Source: Terriglobia bacterium
GTDB taxonomy: Bacteria > Acidobacteriota > Terriglobia > JAJPHL01 > JAPKYU01
Assembly: GCA_965223005.1 (NCBI GenBank)
Contig: CBDCVK010000005.1
Coordinates: forward strand, 211,025 to 275,024
DNA length: 64,000 nt
Direction: 5' to 3'
Positions 1 to 10,559 of the stretch are shown piece after piece (the stretch's first letter is position 1; every line of letters starts with the position of its first letter). The notes under the pieces are model-generated. The model did no database searches and was not told the origin of the DNA. It was given only the letters and a program-made list of their open reading frames with translations. The position numbers and the translations under genes are program-made.

Positions 1-2259
1 ATCTTCCTGGCTACGCAGCACGACGCTTCGGTGGAAGAGCCCAAGCCCAACGAGATTTACCAGGTGGGCACGGTGGCCAACATCGTGCAAAGCGTGAAGC
101 TGCCGGACGGCAACATCAAGGTTCTGGTGGAAGGTCAGGAGCGCGCCCGGGTGGTCAGCCTCAGCGACGAAGAGGGCTTCTTCCGCGCCATCGCCCGCAC
201 CGTTACTTATCGTACTGAGCAGAGTCCGCAGGTGGAGACACTGACCCAGCGCGTCACGGCGCTTTTCGAGCAATACGTCAAGCTCAGCCAGAACCTGAAT
301 TACGAGACGATGATCGCCGCCGTCCGGGTGGACGACGCTGGCAAACTGGCCGATACCATCGCCGCCAACCTGCAACTGGCTATCGAGGAGAAGCAGGAAC
401 TGCTGGAGATTCTTGATCCGCTGGATCGGCTGCAGCGGATTGGTGACGTGCTCGACCTCGAGATCGAGAAGCTCAACGTGGACCGCAGCATCCAGGGTCG
501 GGTCAAGCGCCAGATGGAACGGGCCCAGAAAGAGTATTACCTGAACGAAAAGATCAAGGCCATTCAGAAGGAGCTGGGACGCGGCGAGAAGAGCGAACTG
601 GACGAGCTGAAGAAGAAAATCGACGAAGCCGGCATGACCAAGGAAGCTCACGAGAAGGCCATCCAGGAGCTGAAAAAACTGGAGCTGATGCCGCCCATGT
701 CGGCCGAATCCACCGTCAGTCGCAACTACCTGGATTGGCTGCTGGCTGTCCCCTGGAAAAAGAAAACCAAAGAGATCCGGGACATGGCCCGTGCCGAGCA
801 CGTCCTGGAAAAAGATCATTATGGACTGGAGAAGATCAAGGAGCGCATCCTGGAGTTTCTGGCGGTGCGCCGCCTGGTGAAGAACCCGCGCGGCTCGATC
901 CTGTGCTTTGTGGGACCGCCCGGAGTGGGCAAGACCTCGCTAGGCATGTCCATCGCCCGCGCCACCGGGCGCAAATTCGTGCGCCTCTCGCTGGGCGGCG
1001 TTCGCGACGAGGCCGAAATTCGTGGGCATCGCCGCACCTACATCGGCGCGCTGCCCGGCCAGATCCTTCAGATGATGAAGAAGGCCGGAACCCGCAACCC
1101 GGTCTTCATGCTGGACGAAGTGGACAAGATGAGCATGGACTTCCGCGGCGATCCTTCGGCGGCGCTGCTGGAGGTGCTCGATCCGGAACAGAATTACATG
1201 TTCATGGATCACTACCTGGACGTAGAGTACAATCTCAGCCAGGTCTTCTTCATCACGACCGCAAACGTCCTGCACACAATTCCTCCCGCGCTTCAGGACC
1301 GCATGGAAGTCATCCGCCTGGTGGGCTATACCGAGCCGGAAAAAGTCGAGATCGCCAAGCGATTCCTGGTCAAGAAGCAGCGCGAGGCCACCGGGTTAAG
1401 CGAACAAAACCTGGGGTTCGTTGACGAATCGCTCTCCAGCATCATTCAGCACTACACGCGCGAGGCCGGCGTGCGCAACCTGGAACGAGAAATCGCCAAC
1501 GTCTGCCGCAAGGTGGCGCGCAAGGTGCTCAAGGAAGGGCGGAACATCCGTATTGAGACCAGTCCGGAAGACCTGAAGGAATACCTGGGCGTCATCAAGT
1601 TCCGAGACACTCGGGCCGAAGAGAAGAACGAGGTAGGGCTGGCAATGGGACTGGCCTGGACAGAGGTCGGGGGGCAAATCCTGTCCACTGAAGTCACCTT
1701 GATGGAGGGCAAGGGGAAGCTGACGCTGACCGGCAAGCTGGGCGACGTGATGCAGGAATCGGCTCAGGCCGCCATGAGCTATATGCGATCGCGCAGCGCC
1801 CAACTGGGCCTGGAGAACGACTTTTATCGCCACCGGGACTTCCACGTCCACGTGCCGGAGGGCGCCATTCCCAAGGATGGGCCCTCGGCCGGCATTACCA
1901 TCGCAGTGGCTATTGCCAGCGCGCTCACCCGCATCGCCGTTCGCCGCGGCGTAGCCATGACCGGAGAAATCACGCTGCGCGGCAAAGTACTGCCCATCGG
2001 CGGTCTCAAGGAGAAGTTGCTGGCTGCCCACCGCACGGGGCTCTTCGAGGTCATCATCCCGAAAGACAATGAAAAAGATCTGGCCGATGCTCCGGCCAAC
2101 ATCCTCGAGGTAATGAAAATCCACGCCGTGGAAACCATGGACGAAGTTCTGCAGGTCGCACTGGAACGACCCCTGGTCGGGACGCCTGCCGAGTCGCCGA
2201 TTCCGGCGGCCCCCGACTTTCAACCCACGGTGCCTGAACAGGACCGGATCACGCAATAG
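1..2259 (+). CDS. lon: ATP-dependent Lon protease (5' end outside window)
   Basis: Frame open from base 1; Walker [20 protein letters not shown] motif, catalytic PKDGPSAG and downstream Lys (IGGLKEK). Confidence 0.97.
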   Translation: MFLATQHDASVEEPKPNEIYQVGTVANIVQSVKLPDGNIKVLVEGQERARVVSLSDEEGFFRAIARTVTYRTEQSPQVETLTQRVTALFEQYVKLSQNLNYETMIAAVRVDDAGKLADTIAANLQLAIEEKQELLEILDPLDRLQRIGDVLDLEIEKLNVDRSIQGRVKRQMERAQKEYYLNEKIKAIQKELGRGEKSELDELKKKIDEAGMTKEAHEKAIQELKKLELMPPMSAESTVSRNYLDWLLAVPWKKKTKEIRDMARAEHVLEKDHYGLEKIKERILEFLAVRRLVKNPRGSILCFVGPPGVGKTSLGMSIARATGRKFVRLSLGGVRDEAEIRGHRRTYIGALPGQILQMMKKAGTRNPVFMLDEVDKMSMDFRGDPSAALLEVLDPEQNYMFMDHYLDVEYNLSQVFFITTANVLHTIPPALQDRMEVIRLVGYTEPEKVEIAKRFLVKKQREATGLSEQNLGFVDESLSSIIQHYTREAGVRNLEREIANVCRKVARKVLKEGRNIRIETSPEDLKEYLGVIKFRDTRAEEKNEVGLAMGLAWTEVGGQILSTEVTLMEGKGKLTLTGKLGDVMQESAQAAMSYMRSRSAQLGLENDFYRHRDFHVHVPEGAIPKDGPSAGITIAVAIASALTRIAVRRGVAMTGEITLRGKVLPIGGLKEKLLAAHRTGLFEVIIPKDNEKDLADAPANILEVMKIHAVETMDEVLQVALERPLVGTPAESPIPAAPDFQPTVPEQDRITQ

Positions 2260-2410
2260 GACTCCGAGCCGTCATCAGGAGGCATCGCACGGCGCAACCG
2301 CGCTCTGCAAATTCCGGCGCCGACCCGGCGTCGCAGGCTGGTTCCCCCGAAGACCCGAGCCGCTTCACCAGTGGAGGACAGGCCACGGTCGGGGGTGCAT
2401 CCAATAGCTT

Positions 2411-3661
2411 ATGAACCTCACGCAACTAAAGGAATTGAACATCGGCCGGCTGACCCAGTTGGCCAAAGACCACAACGTCGCCGGCGCATCCGGCATGCGC
2501 AAGCAGGACCTGATCTTCCGCCTCCTGCAGGCGGAGGCGGAGAAAAACGGCCTGGTGTTTTCCGAAGGGGTGCTGGAGACGCTGCCCGATGGCTTCGGCT
2601 TTCTCCGCAGCCCCGACTACAACTACTTGCCCAGCCCGGATGACGTCTACGTTTCGCCCTCGCAGATTCGCCGCTTTGACCTGCACACCGGCGACACCGT
2701 CAGCGGCCAGGTCCGCCCCCCGAAGGAGGCGGAAAAGTACTTTGCCTTGGTGAAGATCGAGGCGGTCAACTTCGAGTCGCCCGAAGAGGCCCGCAACAAG
2801 ATCTTCTTCGACAACCTGACCCCGCTGTATCCCAACGAGCAGGTCAAGCTGGAAACCACGCGGGAGAACCTCTCCTCGCGGGTGATGGACTTGCTGACCC
2901 CGCTGGGCAAGGGCCAGCGCGGGTTGATCGTCTCGCCGCCCCGCACCGGCAAGACCATGCTGCTGCAGTCGATCGCCAACTCCATCACCACCAACCATCC
3001 CGAGATCACCCTGATCGTGCTGTTGATTGACGAGCGGCCTGAGGAGGTCACCGACATGCAGCGCTCGGTCAAGGGCGAGGTCATCAGCTCGACCTTTGAT
3101 GAGCCCGCCACTCGCCACGTGCAGGTGACCGAGATGGTGATGGAGAAGGCCAAGCGGCTGGTGGAGCACAAGCGCGACGTGGTGATCCTGCTGGACTCCA
3201 TCACCCGGCTGGCCCGCGCCTACAACACCATCGTGCCCCCCTCGGGCAAGGTGCTGTCGGGCGGCGTGGATTCCAACGCTCTACAGCGCCCCAAGCGCTT
3301 CTTCGGCGCGGCCCGCAACATCGAGGAGGGTGGCTCGCTGACTATCATCGCCACCTCCCTGATTGACACCGGCAGCCGCATGGACGACGTCATCTTTGAG
3401 GAGTTCAAGGGGACCGGCAACATGGAAGTGAACCTGGAGCGCAAGCTGGTGGACAAGCGCGTCTTCCCGGCCATCGACATCAACAAGAGCGGCACCCGCA
3501 AGGAGGAGCTGCTGCTTTCTAAGGACGATCTGAACCGGGTCTGGGTGCTGCGCAAGGTGCTCAACCCCTTGTCGCCGGTCGAGGCCATGGAACTGCTGCT
3601 GGACAAAATGGCCCGCACCAAATCCAACGCCGAGTTCCTCAAGTCCATGAACGTCGGCTAG
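2411..3661 (+). CDS. rho: Transcription termination factor Rho
   Basis: 416 aa; DGFGFLR RNA-binding motif, [46 protein letters not shown]. Confidence 0.98.
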   Translation: MNLTQLKELNIGRLTQLAKDHNVAGASGMRKQDLIFRLLQAEAEKNGLVFSEGVLETLPDGFGFLRSPDYNYLPSPDDVYVSPSQIRRFDLHTGDTVSGQVRPPKEAEKYFALVKIEAVNFESPEEARNKIFFDNLTPLYPNEQVKLETTRENLSSRVMDLLTPLGKGQRGLIVSPPRTGKTMLLQSIANSITTNHPEITLIVLLIDERPEEVTDMQRSVKGEVISSTFDEPATRHVQVTEMVMEKAKRLVEHKRDVVILLDSITRLARAYNTIVPPSGKVLSGGVDSNALQRPKRFFGAARNIEEGGSLTIIATSLIDTGSRMDDVIFEEFKGTGNMEVNLERKLVDKRVFPAIDINKSGTRKEELLLSKDDLNRVWVLRKVLNPLSPVEAMELLLDKMARTKSNAEFLKSMNVG

Positions 3662-3791
3662 CCTTTTTGCCGAGTGGTCTGGTGTTCTCGGCCATGAATT
3701 TCCCGCCCGCGCTTTCTTCATTTCAGAGTGGGATTTGGCAGGCGTGATGCCAACCAGGCCGGGTGATAAAATAGCCGCTGGCTGAACAGCC

Positions 3792-5759
3792 TTGCTCGTG
3801 GGACCCTCCTCGACATCGAAGACGACCCACCCCTGGCACCTTTCCTCGGTAAAGACCTCCCGGCTGCTGGTGGCCGTCGCCACGCTGGCGGTGATCCTCT
3901 ACCTCAACGTTCTTCCTAATACCTTCATTCTTGACGACTGGCAGCAGGTGGTGGAAAACCCGTTTCTTCGACGGTCCGACGGCTTGCGGAAGATTTTCAC
4001 CACCGGCGTGCTGGAGTTCATGGGGCCAGTGGCGGTGAGCAACTTCTACCGGCCGCTGATGCACAGCGCCTTTTACCTGATGTTTCGGATCTCCGGGCTC
4101 AACCCCGCCGGCTACCACACACTTTCGATCCTGTTACACGCGGCTATTTGCCTGCTGGTCTACGCCGTGATTGCTCGGCTCTCAGGCCGCCGCCTCACAG
4201 CCGTTGTCGCAGCCCTATTGTTTGCCGCACACCCGGTGCACACCGAAGCGGTAGCCTGGATCTCCGCTTACCCGGAACTACTGTGTGCTTTCTTAACCCT
4301 GCTGGTCCTCTGGCTGTATTTGCGTGCCGAACAGGCGCAGGGCAGAGCACGCCTGGCCCTTCTCGTCCTGACCGGGCCGGTTTTCCTGCTAGCTCTGCTG
4401 GCCAAGGAGATCGCGGTCGCAGTGCCGCTGCTGCTAGCTTGCTATGAACTGCTGGTGCGCCGCGCGCCTTGGCGCGTTGCACTGCGGGCCGTCTGGCCGG
4501 CCTACGCCTCGTTTGCTGTGGCGGCCGCCGCCTACCTGGCCGCACGCTTGCACGCCCTGAAGGCCTTGATGCCGGCGGCGCAGGACCCCATTCCTCCCGG
4601 TGAGCATCTTTGGACTGCGGTGGGACTCTTCTTTCGCTACTTCTGGGTACAGGTCTGGCCGCTCGAGCTGCATGCCTTTTACTACCTGGAGCGCAACCGC
4701 AGCCCGCTGGAACCAATAGTGCTGGCTGGCCTGGCCACGCTGCTGGCTACTGCTGTACTGGGATGGTGGCTCTACCGCCGCAGGCACCCAGAAGTCTTGG
4801 CGGTGGCCCTGTACCTGCTCCCGCTGGCTCCGGCCTTCCTTCTGCCTTACTCTTCCATCGGCTGGTTGATGGCGGAGCGCTACCTTTACCTGCCCTCCGT
4901 GGGGTTCTGCTGGCTGCTGGCGGCAGGCCTGGTCGCGGCAGCGGACCGCTGGGGATACCGGCCTCTGGGCGCACTGTTTGCAATTGTGCTGGTCGCCTGC
5001 TCGGTGCGTACGGTCCTCCGAAATGGAGATTGGGCCGACGAAGTGGCGTTCTACCGCCGCACTGTCCACGCCTTCTCAGGCTTCCCGCACGCCTATCTGA
5101 ACCTCGGCGAGGCTTTGCTGCGACGCGACCGGCTACCGGAAGCGCTGGAGGCTACCCAGGCCGCCGCGCGCTTGTCACCCACCTATCCCGACCCACACAA
5201 CAACCTGGGGCGCATCTACTGGCGCCAGGGGAACGAGGAGGCAGCTATCCATCATTTCCAGCGCGCCGCCACGCTGGCCGAGCGTCGGAGAAATCGCTTC
5301 GTCCAATCGCGCTCCCTGGCCAACCTCGGGGTGCTGTATCGCCAGCAAGGTAGCTTGGAGGAAGCGCTGGCCGCTTCCCGCCAGGCGCTGGTGGTGGATC
5401 CCCACTTCGCCAGTGCCCACAACAACCTCGGGTATGCGCTGTTGGTGCAAGGCCAGCGTGAGGAAGCGATCCACCACTTCAACGAGGCCCTGGAACTGGA
5501 TCCCACGCTGGACGTAGCCCATGTCAACCTGGGCTTGGCCTATGCGGAAGACCAGGAGTGGGAGGCGGCTCTGGCTCATCTACGCCAGGCCGAGCAGTTG
5601 AATCCAAACAGCAGTGAAGTGCACGCCCGCCTGGGCGAGGTCCACTTGGCGCGCGGCGAGTTCGCTCCCGCCCGCCGCGAGTTTCTCCTGGCCCTGCAAT
5701 TGGACCCTGGCAACGACCGCGCGCAGGCTGGGCTCCACGCGATTCGGGAGGCACAGTGA
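3792..5759 (+). CDS. TMTC-like GT-C glycosyltransferase with C-terminal TPR repeats (paralog 1; start uncertain)
   Basis: FILDD after first TM helix, FYRPL, LFAAHPVHTEAVAWIS, AKE, ERYLYLPS, many hydrophobic helices, then TPRs (AHNNLG, AHVNLG). Confidence 0.88.
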   Translation: MLVGPSSTSKTTHPWHLSSVKTSRLLVAVATLAVILYLNVLPNTFILDDWQQVVENPFLRRSDGLRKIFTTGVLEFMGPVAVSNFYRPLMHSAFYLMFRISGLNPAGYHTLSILLHAAICLLVYAVIARLSGRRLTAVVAALLFAAHPVHTEAVAWISAYPELLCAFLTLLVLWLYLRAEQAQGRARLALLVLTGPVFLLALLAKEIAVAVPLLLACYELLVRRAPWRVALRAVWPAYASFAVAAAAYLAARLHALKALMPAAQDPIPPGEHLWTAVGLFFRYFWVQVWPLELHAFYYLERNRSPLEPIVLAGLATLLATAVLGWWLYRRRHPEVLAVALYLLPLAPAFLLPYSSIGWLMAERYLYLPSVGFCWLLAAGLVAAADRWGYRPLGALFAIVLVACSVRTVLRNGDWADEVAFYRRTVHAFSGFPHAYLNLGEALLRRDRLPEALEATQAAARLSPTYPDPHNNLGRIYWRQGNEEAAIHHFQRAATLAERRRNRFVQSRSLANLGVLYRQQGSLEEALAASRQALVVDPHFASAHNNLGYALLVQGQREEAIHHFNEALELDPTLDVAHVNLGLAYAEDQEWEAALAHLRQAEQLNPNSSEVHARLGEVHLARGEFAPARREFLLALQLDPGNDRAQAGLHAIREAQ

Positions 5760-7726
5760 ATTCTCCATGGGGGCGCGTCCGCGCCGCGCTCGCATCGCCC
5801 GATTCTTCCTGGCCTTGGATCGCCATTGGCGCTCTGGCCACCCTCCCGCACCTGAGCGTCATCCTGAATCCTTTTGCCTATGATGACTGGAACAGCATTG
5901 TCCAAAATCCCTATCTGAGACATCCGCAGGCACTGGGCAAGTTTTTCGGCGGCAGCGTGTGGGACTTCCTCGGCGCGGCGCACATCATCCTGGGAAACTA
6001 CTACCGGCCGGTGATGCACAGCTTCCACTATCTCCTGTACCGGTTGTTTGGGCTCAATCCGGCCTGGTTTCACTTGTTCTGCCTGACGCTGCACGTCGGC
6101 GTTAGCCTGCTGGTGGCGGGCGTGGTGCGCCGCCTGTCAGGGTGGCATGCAGTGGGCATGATGGCTGGACTGATGTTTGCCGTGCATCCGGCGCATACAG
6201 AAGTGGTGGCCTGGATCTCCTGCTCGCCTGAGTTGCTCAGCTCCTTGTTTTCTTTGCTGGCTTTTTGGTTGTACTTGCGCGCCGTCGAGGCCTACGGCCT
6301 GCGCCGTGCGTTGCTTACGCTGGCCATGGGAGGGAGCCTGCTGCTGGCTCAGCTCTCGAAAGAAATCGGCGTGCTGATGCCGATGGTCATCCTGGCTTAT
6401 GAATTTCTCGTGCGTCGCCTCAGCTTGCGGACGCTATTGCAGCAACGCTGGCCCGAGTACTCTGCCCTAGGCGCCGCAACCTTGCTATACCTGGCGATGC
6501 GCGTCCATGCCCTGGGTGGGTTGCTTCCGGTTCCGAAGCAGATCGCGGTCCCCTGGACCGAGCAGCTCTGGACCTCGGTCGCCTTGTTCTATCGCTATCT
6601 GGTCTTGCTGCTCTGGCCGATGGATCTGATCTTTTTCCGTTACTACGAGCCGAATCGCAGCCCGCTGGAACCGGCGGTGGTGGCGGGTTGGCTTTCCCTG
6701 GCGGGCTTTGCCGGCCTGGCCGTTTGGCTCTATCGCCGGCGGCTACCTGAAGCGCTGGCTCCGGCGATGTACCTGTTGCCGCTGCTGCCTGTCTTCCAGC
6801 TGCCCTACATCTTCACCGGACTGCTGATGATCGAGAGGGCAGCCTACCTGCCGTCGGTGGCATTCTGCTGGCTGCTGGCGGCAGGCCTGGTGAAGCTGGC
6901 GGAGCGGCGTGGTGTACGCACGGCCACACTGCTGGCCGTACTTGTGCTAGCGGCCTACACCGGCCGCAGCGCGGCCCGTGTGGACGACTGGCGTGACGAA
7001 GTGAATCTGTTCCGAGAGGGGCTGGCGCATGCGCCTGCATCTTTCCACCTTCACCTGAAAGGCGGCGAGGCGCTGCTGCGCCAGCAGAAGCCACTGGAGG
7101 CGGCCGCCGCGTTCCGGGAAGCTCTGCGCTTGCGCCCCGGCCATACCGATATCCATAACAGTCTGGGCCAGGCCTACGGGCTGCTTGGACAGCAGGAAAC
7201 TGCCCTCGTTCACTACCGCTACGCGGCCGAACTGTCCCTGCAGGACAACCGGCCCGATTCCGCCGCCCGTGCGTGGTACAACATCGGGATCGTCTACCGC
7301 TCGCAGGAGCGCAACCGGGAGGCCATCGCTGCCTACCAACAGGCGCTGCAGCTCGACCCGGAATTCGCCGCCGCCCACAACAACCTCGGCTTCGCCTTAT
7401 TGCTGGAGGGAGAAGTGGAGGAGGCAGCGCGGCAACTGCGCGCCGCCATCCAACGCGACCCCACCCTGGGGCAAGCTCATGCCAACCTCGGGCTGGCCTA
7501 CGCCATGAGAGGCCAATGGGGGGCAGCACTGGCGACCTTGGCGCAAGCCGAGCGGCTCAGTCCCAACAATCCGGAAGTGCACGCGCGCATCGGGGAGATT
7601 CACCTTGCGCGGGGAGAGGAGCGCGCGGCGCAGCGGCGTTTCTGGCGAGCTCTCCAGCCCCACCCGCAGAACCCGCGGGCACTGGCCGGCATGGCCGCCC
7701 TGCGCGCGCACGAGGCACAGCCGTGA
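5756..7726 (+). CDS. TMTC-like GT-C glycosyltransferase with TPR repeats (paralog 2)
   Basis: GTG start overlaps upstream TGA (GTGA); FAYDD, YYRPV, MFAVHPAHTEVVAWIS, SKE, ERAAYLPS, TPRs. Confidence 0.88.
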   Translation: MNSPWGRVRAALASPDSSWPWIAIGALATLPHLSVILNPFAYDDWNSIVQNPYLRHPQALGKFFGGSVWDFLGAAHIILGNYYRPVMHSFHYLLYRLFGLNPAWFHLFCLTLHVGVSLLVAGVVRRLSGWHAVGMMAGLMFAVHPAHTEVVAWISCSPELLSSLFSLLAFWLYLRAVEAYGLRRALLTLAMGGSLLLAQLSKEIGVLMPMVILAYEFLVRRLSLRTLLQQRWPEYSALGAATLLYLAMRVHALGGLLPVPKQIAVPWTEQLWTSVALFYRYLVLLLWPMDLIFFRYYEPNRSPLEPAVVAGWLSLAGFAGLAVWLYRRRLPEALAPAMYLLPLLPVFQLPYIFTGLLMIERAAYLPSVAFCWLLAAGLVKLAERRGVRTATLLAVLVLAAYTGRSAARVDDWRDEVNLFREGLAHAPASFHLHLKGGEALLRQQKPLEAAAAFREALRLRPGHTDIHNSLGQAYGLLGQQETALVHYRYAAELSLQDNRPDSAARAWYNIGIVYRSQERNREAIAAYQQALQLDPEFAAAHNNLGFALLLEGEVEEAARQLRAAIQRDPTLGQAHANLGLAYAMRGQWGAALATLAQAERLSPNNPEVHARIGEIHLARGEERAAQRRFWRALQPHPQNPRALAGMAALRAHEAQP

Positions 7727-9651
7727 ACCTGCCCCGCCTCGCGCCATGGCGTGCCGGCTTGCTGGTGGCTCTGCTGGCCGGCCTTGTGTATCTCAATACG
7801 CTGCCCAATGCGTTCGTCATTGACGATCGCCAGCAGATTGTTGACAACGGCTTCCTGCGCCAGCGCGACGGCTTGAAGAAAATCTTCACCACCAACGTCT
7901 GGGCCTTTGTGCAGAAGGAGAGCCTCACCAACTACTACCGGCCGTTGATGCACACCGTCCTGTATTTCTGGTGGCGGATGTTCCGCGAAAATCCGGCCGG
8001 CTATCATGCGCTGAGCATCGTGCTGCACGCTGCTGTCACACTGCTCGTGTTTTTCTGGCTGCGCCGTATCCAGCCGAACGCGACGGTGGCGTGGCTGGCC
8101 GCGCTGCTGTTCGCCGTGCACCCGATCCACACGGAAGCAGTCGCCTGGATCTCAGCGTTTCCCGATCTGTTATGCAGTCTGCTGGTGCTCGCAGGCTTTC
8201 AGCTCTACCTGCGCGCCGAGCAGACTCATGGGTGGCGCCGCTACGCTCAAGAGACCGCTCTGGCAGCGTGCCTGCTGCTCGCCTTTTTGACCAAGGAAAT
8301 TGGCTTTACGCTGCCGCTCCTGCTGGTCATCTACGAGATGTTGGAACGGCAGCGGCGGCCCCTTTCCCTGCTGCGCGCGCGCCTGTTCCCATACGCGGCC
8401 ATGGCCGGCGCCACGGCAGTCTATCTGGCGATGCGCTGGTATGCGCTGGAGGGCCTAATTCCCGTCTCCTGGGGGTTCAAAGGCAGCCGCGGTCAGATGG
8501 TGCTCGGCTGGATCGCCCTGGTCTACGAATACACCGCACGTGTCGTCTTTCCCCTAAGGCTCAGCAGCTTTCATGTCATGTCCCCTCCCGGCAGACTGCT
8601 GGAGCCGAATGTGCTCGCAGGATTGGTCATCGCCGGGGGCTGGATCGCACTGGGCATCTGGCTCTACCGGCGCCGCCAACCGGAATGGCTGGCTGTGGTG
8701 CTGTTCCTGGTAGTCCTGCTGCCCTCGTTTCCGCCGACCACCCAGTTGGTAAAAGGCTTCTGGCTTGGCGAGCGCTATCTCTACCTGCCTTCGGTGGGAT
8801 TTTGCTGGCTCCTGGCAGCAGCGCTGGACCGCTTGGCCTTCCGAGTGGGTTGGAGACCCGTGGTGGGCTTGAGCCTGGCCCTGGTGCTAGCCTACGGCGG
8901 GCGGACTGTGCTGCGGAACCAGCAGTGGCGCGACGAAATTGGCTTTTACCTGCATGAGCTGAGGACTGAGGGTGAATCCGAAGGAATTCGCCCAATACTG
9001 GCCGATGCCTATTTGCGCCGTGGCATGGCCAGCGAGGCGCTGCCTCACACCCAGGCTATGGTGCGCCTGGCGCCTCGCGATCCTTTCACGCACAATTCTC
9101 TCGGGTTCGTCTACTGGCGCTTGGGAGAACGGGACAAGGCTTTGGCCCAATATCAGATGTCGATAGACCTGGCCCAGGAACAGGGCAAGCCTGGCTTCGC
9201 TGCGCTGTCGCTGAACAACCTCGCCGTAGCCTACGGGCAGACGGGAGAGCTGGGTCGTGCCATCTCCGCGTACCGGCAAGCTGTGGCCTTGGACCCGGAT
9301 TTTGCCCAGGGCCACAACAATCTGGGCGCGGCTTTGTTTGAAGTCGGAAGGCTGAAGCAAGCTGTGCTTCATCTGCGCAAGGCCACGCGACTGAGCCCAG
9401 CCTCGGCCTCCGCCCATGCAAATTTGGGACTGGCCCTGACTGCGCTGAACGACTTGCGCGGGGCCCGGGTCGCGCTGAGTGAAGCTTTGCGCCTGGAACC
9501 CGGCGACGCCGAAACATGGGCCCGCCTGGGGGAGCTAAGCCTGCGGGCGGGCCAGCTGCCCGAAGCCCGGCGCCTGTTCAGCCGGGCGCTCGAGCTAGAT
9601 CCCGCCAATCAGCGTGCCCTTGCCGGGCTGTCTGCTGTACAGACGCGCTAG
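7723..9651 (+). CDS. TMTC-like GT-C glycosyltransferase with TPR repeats (paralog 3)
   Basis: In-frame GTG at 7723 overlaps upstream TGA (GTGA); FVIDD, YYRPL, LFAVHPIHTEAVAWIS, TKE, ERYLYLPS, TPRs. Confidence 0.88.
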   Translation: MNLPRLAPWRAGLLVALLAGLVYLNTLPNAFVIDDRQQIVDNGFLRQRDGLKKIFTTNVWAFVQKESLTNYYRPLMHTVLYFWWRMFRENPAGYHALSIVLHAAVTLLVFFWLRRIQPNATVAWLAALLFAVHPIHTEAVAWISAFPDLLCSLLVLAGFQLYLRAEQTHGWRRYAQETALAACLLLAFLTKEIGFTLPLLLVIYEMLERQRRPLSLLRARLFPYAAMAGATAVYLAMRWYALEGLIPVSWGFKGSRGQMVLGWIALVYEYTARVVFPLRLSSFHVMSPPGRLLEPNVLAGLVIAGGWIALGIWLYRRRQPEWLAVVLFLVVLLPSFPPTTQLVKGFWLGERYLYLPSVGFCWLLAAALDRLAFRVGWRPVVGLSLALVLAYGGRTVLRNQQWRDEIGFYLHELRTEGESEGIRPILADAYLRRGMASEALPHTQAMVRLAPRDPFTHNSLGFVYWRLGERDKALAQYQMSIDLAQEQGKPGFAALSLNNLAVAYGQTGELGRAISAYRQAVALDPDFAQGHNNLGAALFEVGRLKQAVLHLRKATRLSPASASAHANLGLALTALNDLRGARVALSEALRLEPGDAETWARLGELSLRAGQLPEARRLFSRALELDPANQRALAGLSAVQTR

Positions 9652-9719
9652 TTCCTCTGCGTTTCTCGCCCTTTGTCGCGCCCGGCCCACCGCAGGTGAG
9701 TACCGGGCAGCCGGGTCGT

Positions 9720-9749
9720 TTGACAGTACCGCAGGGACGCTGTTAGCAT
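9720..9749 (+). promoter_or_regulatory. Sigma70-type promoter for the YfgM-like gene and dgt
   Basis: TTGACA-N18-TAGCAT with extended TG, about 30 bp upstream of the 9778 start. Confidence 0.6.
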
Positions 9750-9777
9750 TTCGTGGTTGTAAGTTCGGAGATCACCA

Positions 9778-10515
9778 TTGGCGCGAATTAGCAGGAAGGA
9801 ACTCAAGAAGGATCAATTTGTCACTGAGTTCTCCAGGACCTACCAGTTTCTCCAACAGCACCGCACTGCTCTGATCTTGCTGCTGATTGCCGTCGTCCTA
9901 GTGATGGTCCTGGGCTTGGGCGGTTACTTTTATGTGCAGAATCGGAAGGCGCAGGCTAATGAGGAGCTGGCCCACGCCATTCGTGTCTTCTACGCTCCCA
10001 CGACCTCGGAGAACCCCCAAGCGGAGCCCGACATGAAGTTCTCCGACGAGGAGGCGCGTTACCGCCAGGCCGAAAAAGAGTTTGCGGCCATCGCTCAGAA
10101 GTATGGCTGGCTCGCCAAACTCCGCTTCGGTGGCCAGCCGCGCATAGCTCGCTACTACCTGGGCCTGACCAAGCAACATCTAGGTCAAACCGAAGAAGCC
10201 ATGCGCGAGCTGCGCACGCTCGCCGAGCAGGACGAGGACCGACAGTTGGCGCCCCTGGCCCGGTTTGCGCTGGCCGGAATCTATGCCCAAAACGGCAAAT
10301 CCGACGAGGCCGAGAAACTCTACCGAGAACTGGCAGACCGGCCGGGAGACCTGGTTTCCCGGGAAACGGCCCTACTGACCCTGGCCGAGCACTTGAGCGA
10401 GCAAAAGCCGGACGAAGCCGAAAAGATCTATCAGCAGATCCAGAAGGAGACCCCGGACGGCACCGCGGCCGATGCAGCCTACGAGCGGCTGTCCGAACTG
10501 AGGAAGAGCCAATAG
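9778..10515 (+). CDS. YfgM-like single-pass membrane TPR protein
   Basis: N-terminal RKELKKDQF, one TM helix, helical TPR-like periplasmic domain. Confidence 0.75.
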   Translation: MARISRKELKKDQFVTEFSRTYQFLQQHRTALILLLIAVVLVMVLGLGGYFYVQNRKAQANEELAHAIRVFYAPTTSENPQAEPDMKFSDEEARYRQAEKEFAAIAQKYGWLAKLRFGGQPRIARYYLGLTKQHLGQTEEAMRELRTLAEQDEDRQLAPLARFALAGIYAQNGKSDEAEKLYRELADRPGDLVSRETALLTLAEHLSEQKPDEAEKIYQQIQKETPDGTAADAAYERLSELRKSQ

Positions 10516-10559
10516 CGCCACGCTAGCCAGCGCGTGCGTTCGGGCACGCCTTGGCCCCG

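Noticed and set aside
1396-3204. Long antisense ORFs over lon and rho, and similar ones at 20804-22372, 29807-31372, 41625-42803 and 55553-56602
   Set aside because: Shadow ORFs expected from high-GC codon bias opposite well-supported genes; no motifs.
7273-7722. 150-aa N-terminal extension of the third TMTC-like ORF in the track
   Set aside because: It overlaps the second paralog in another frame; paralog alignment and the GTGA overlap place the start at 7723.
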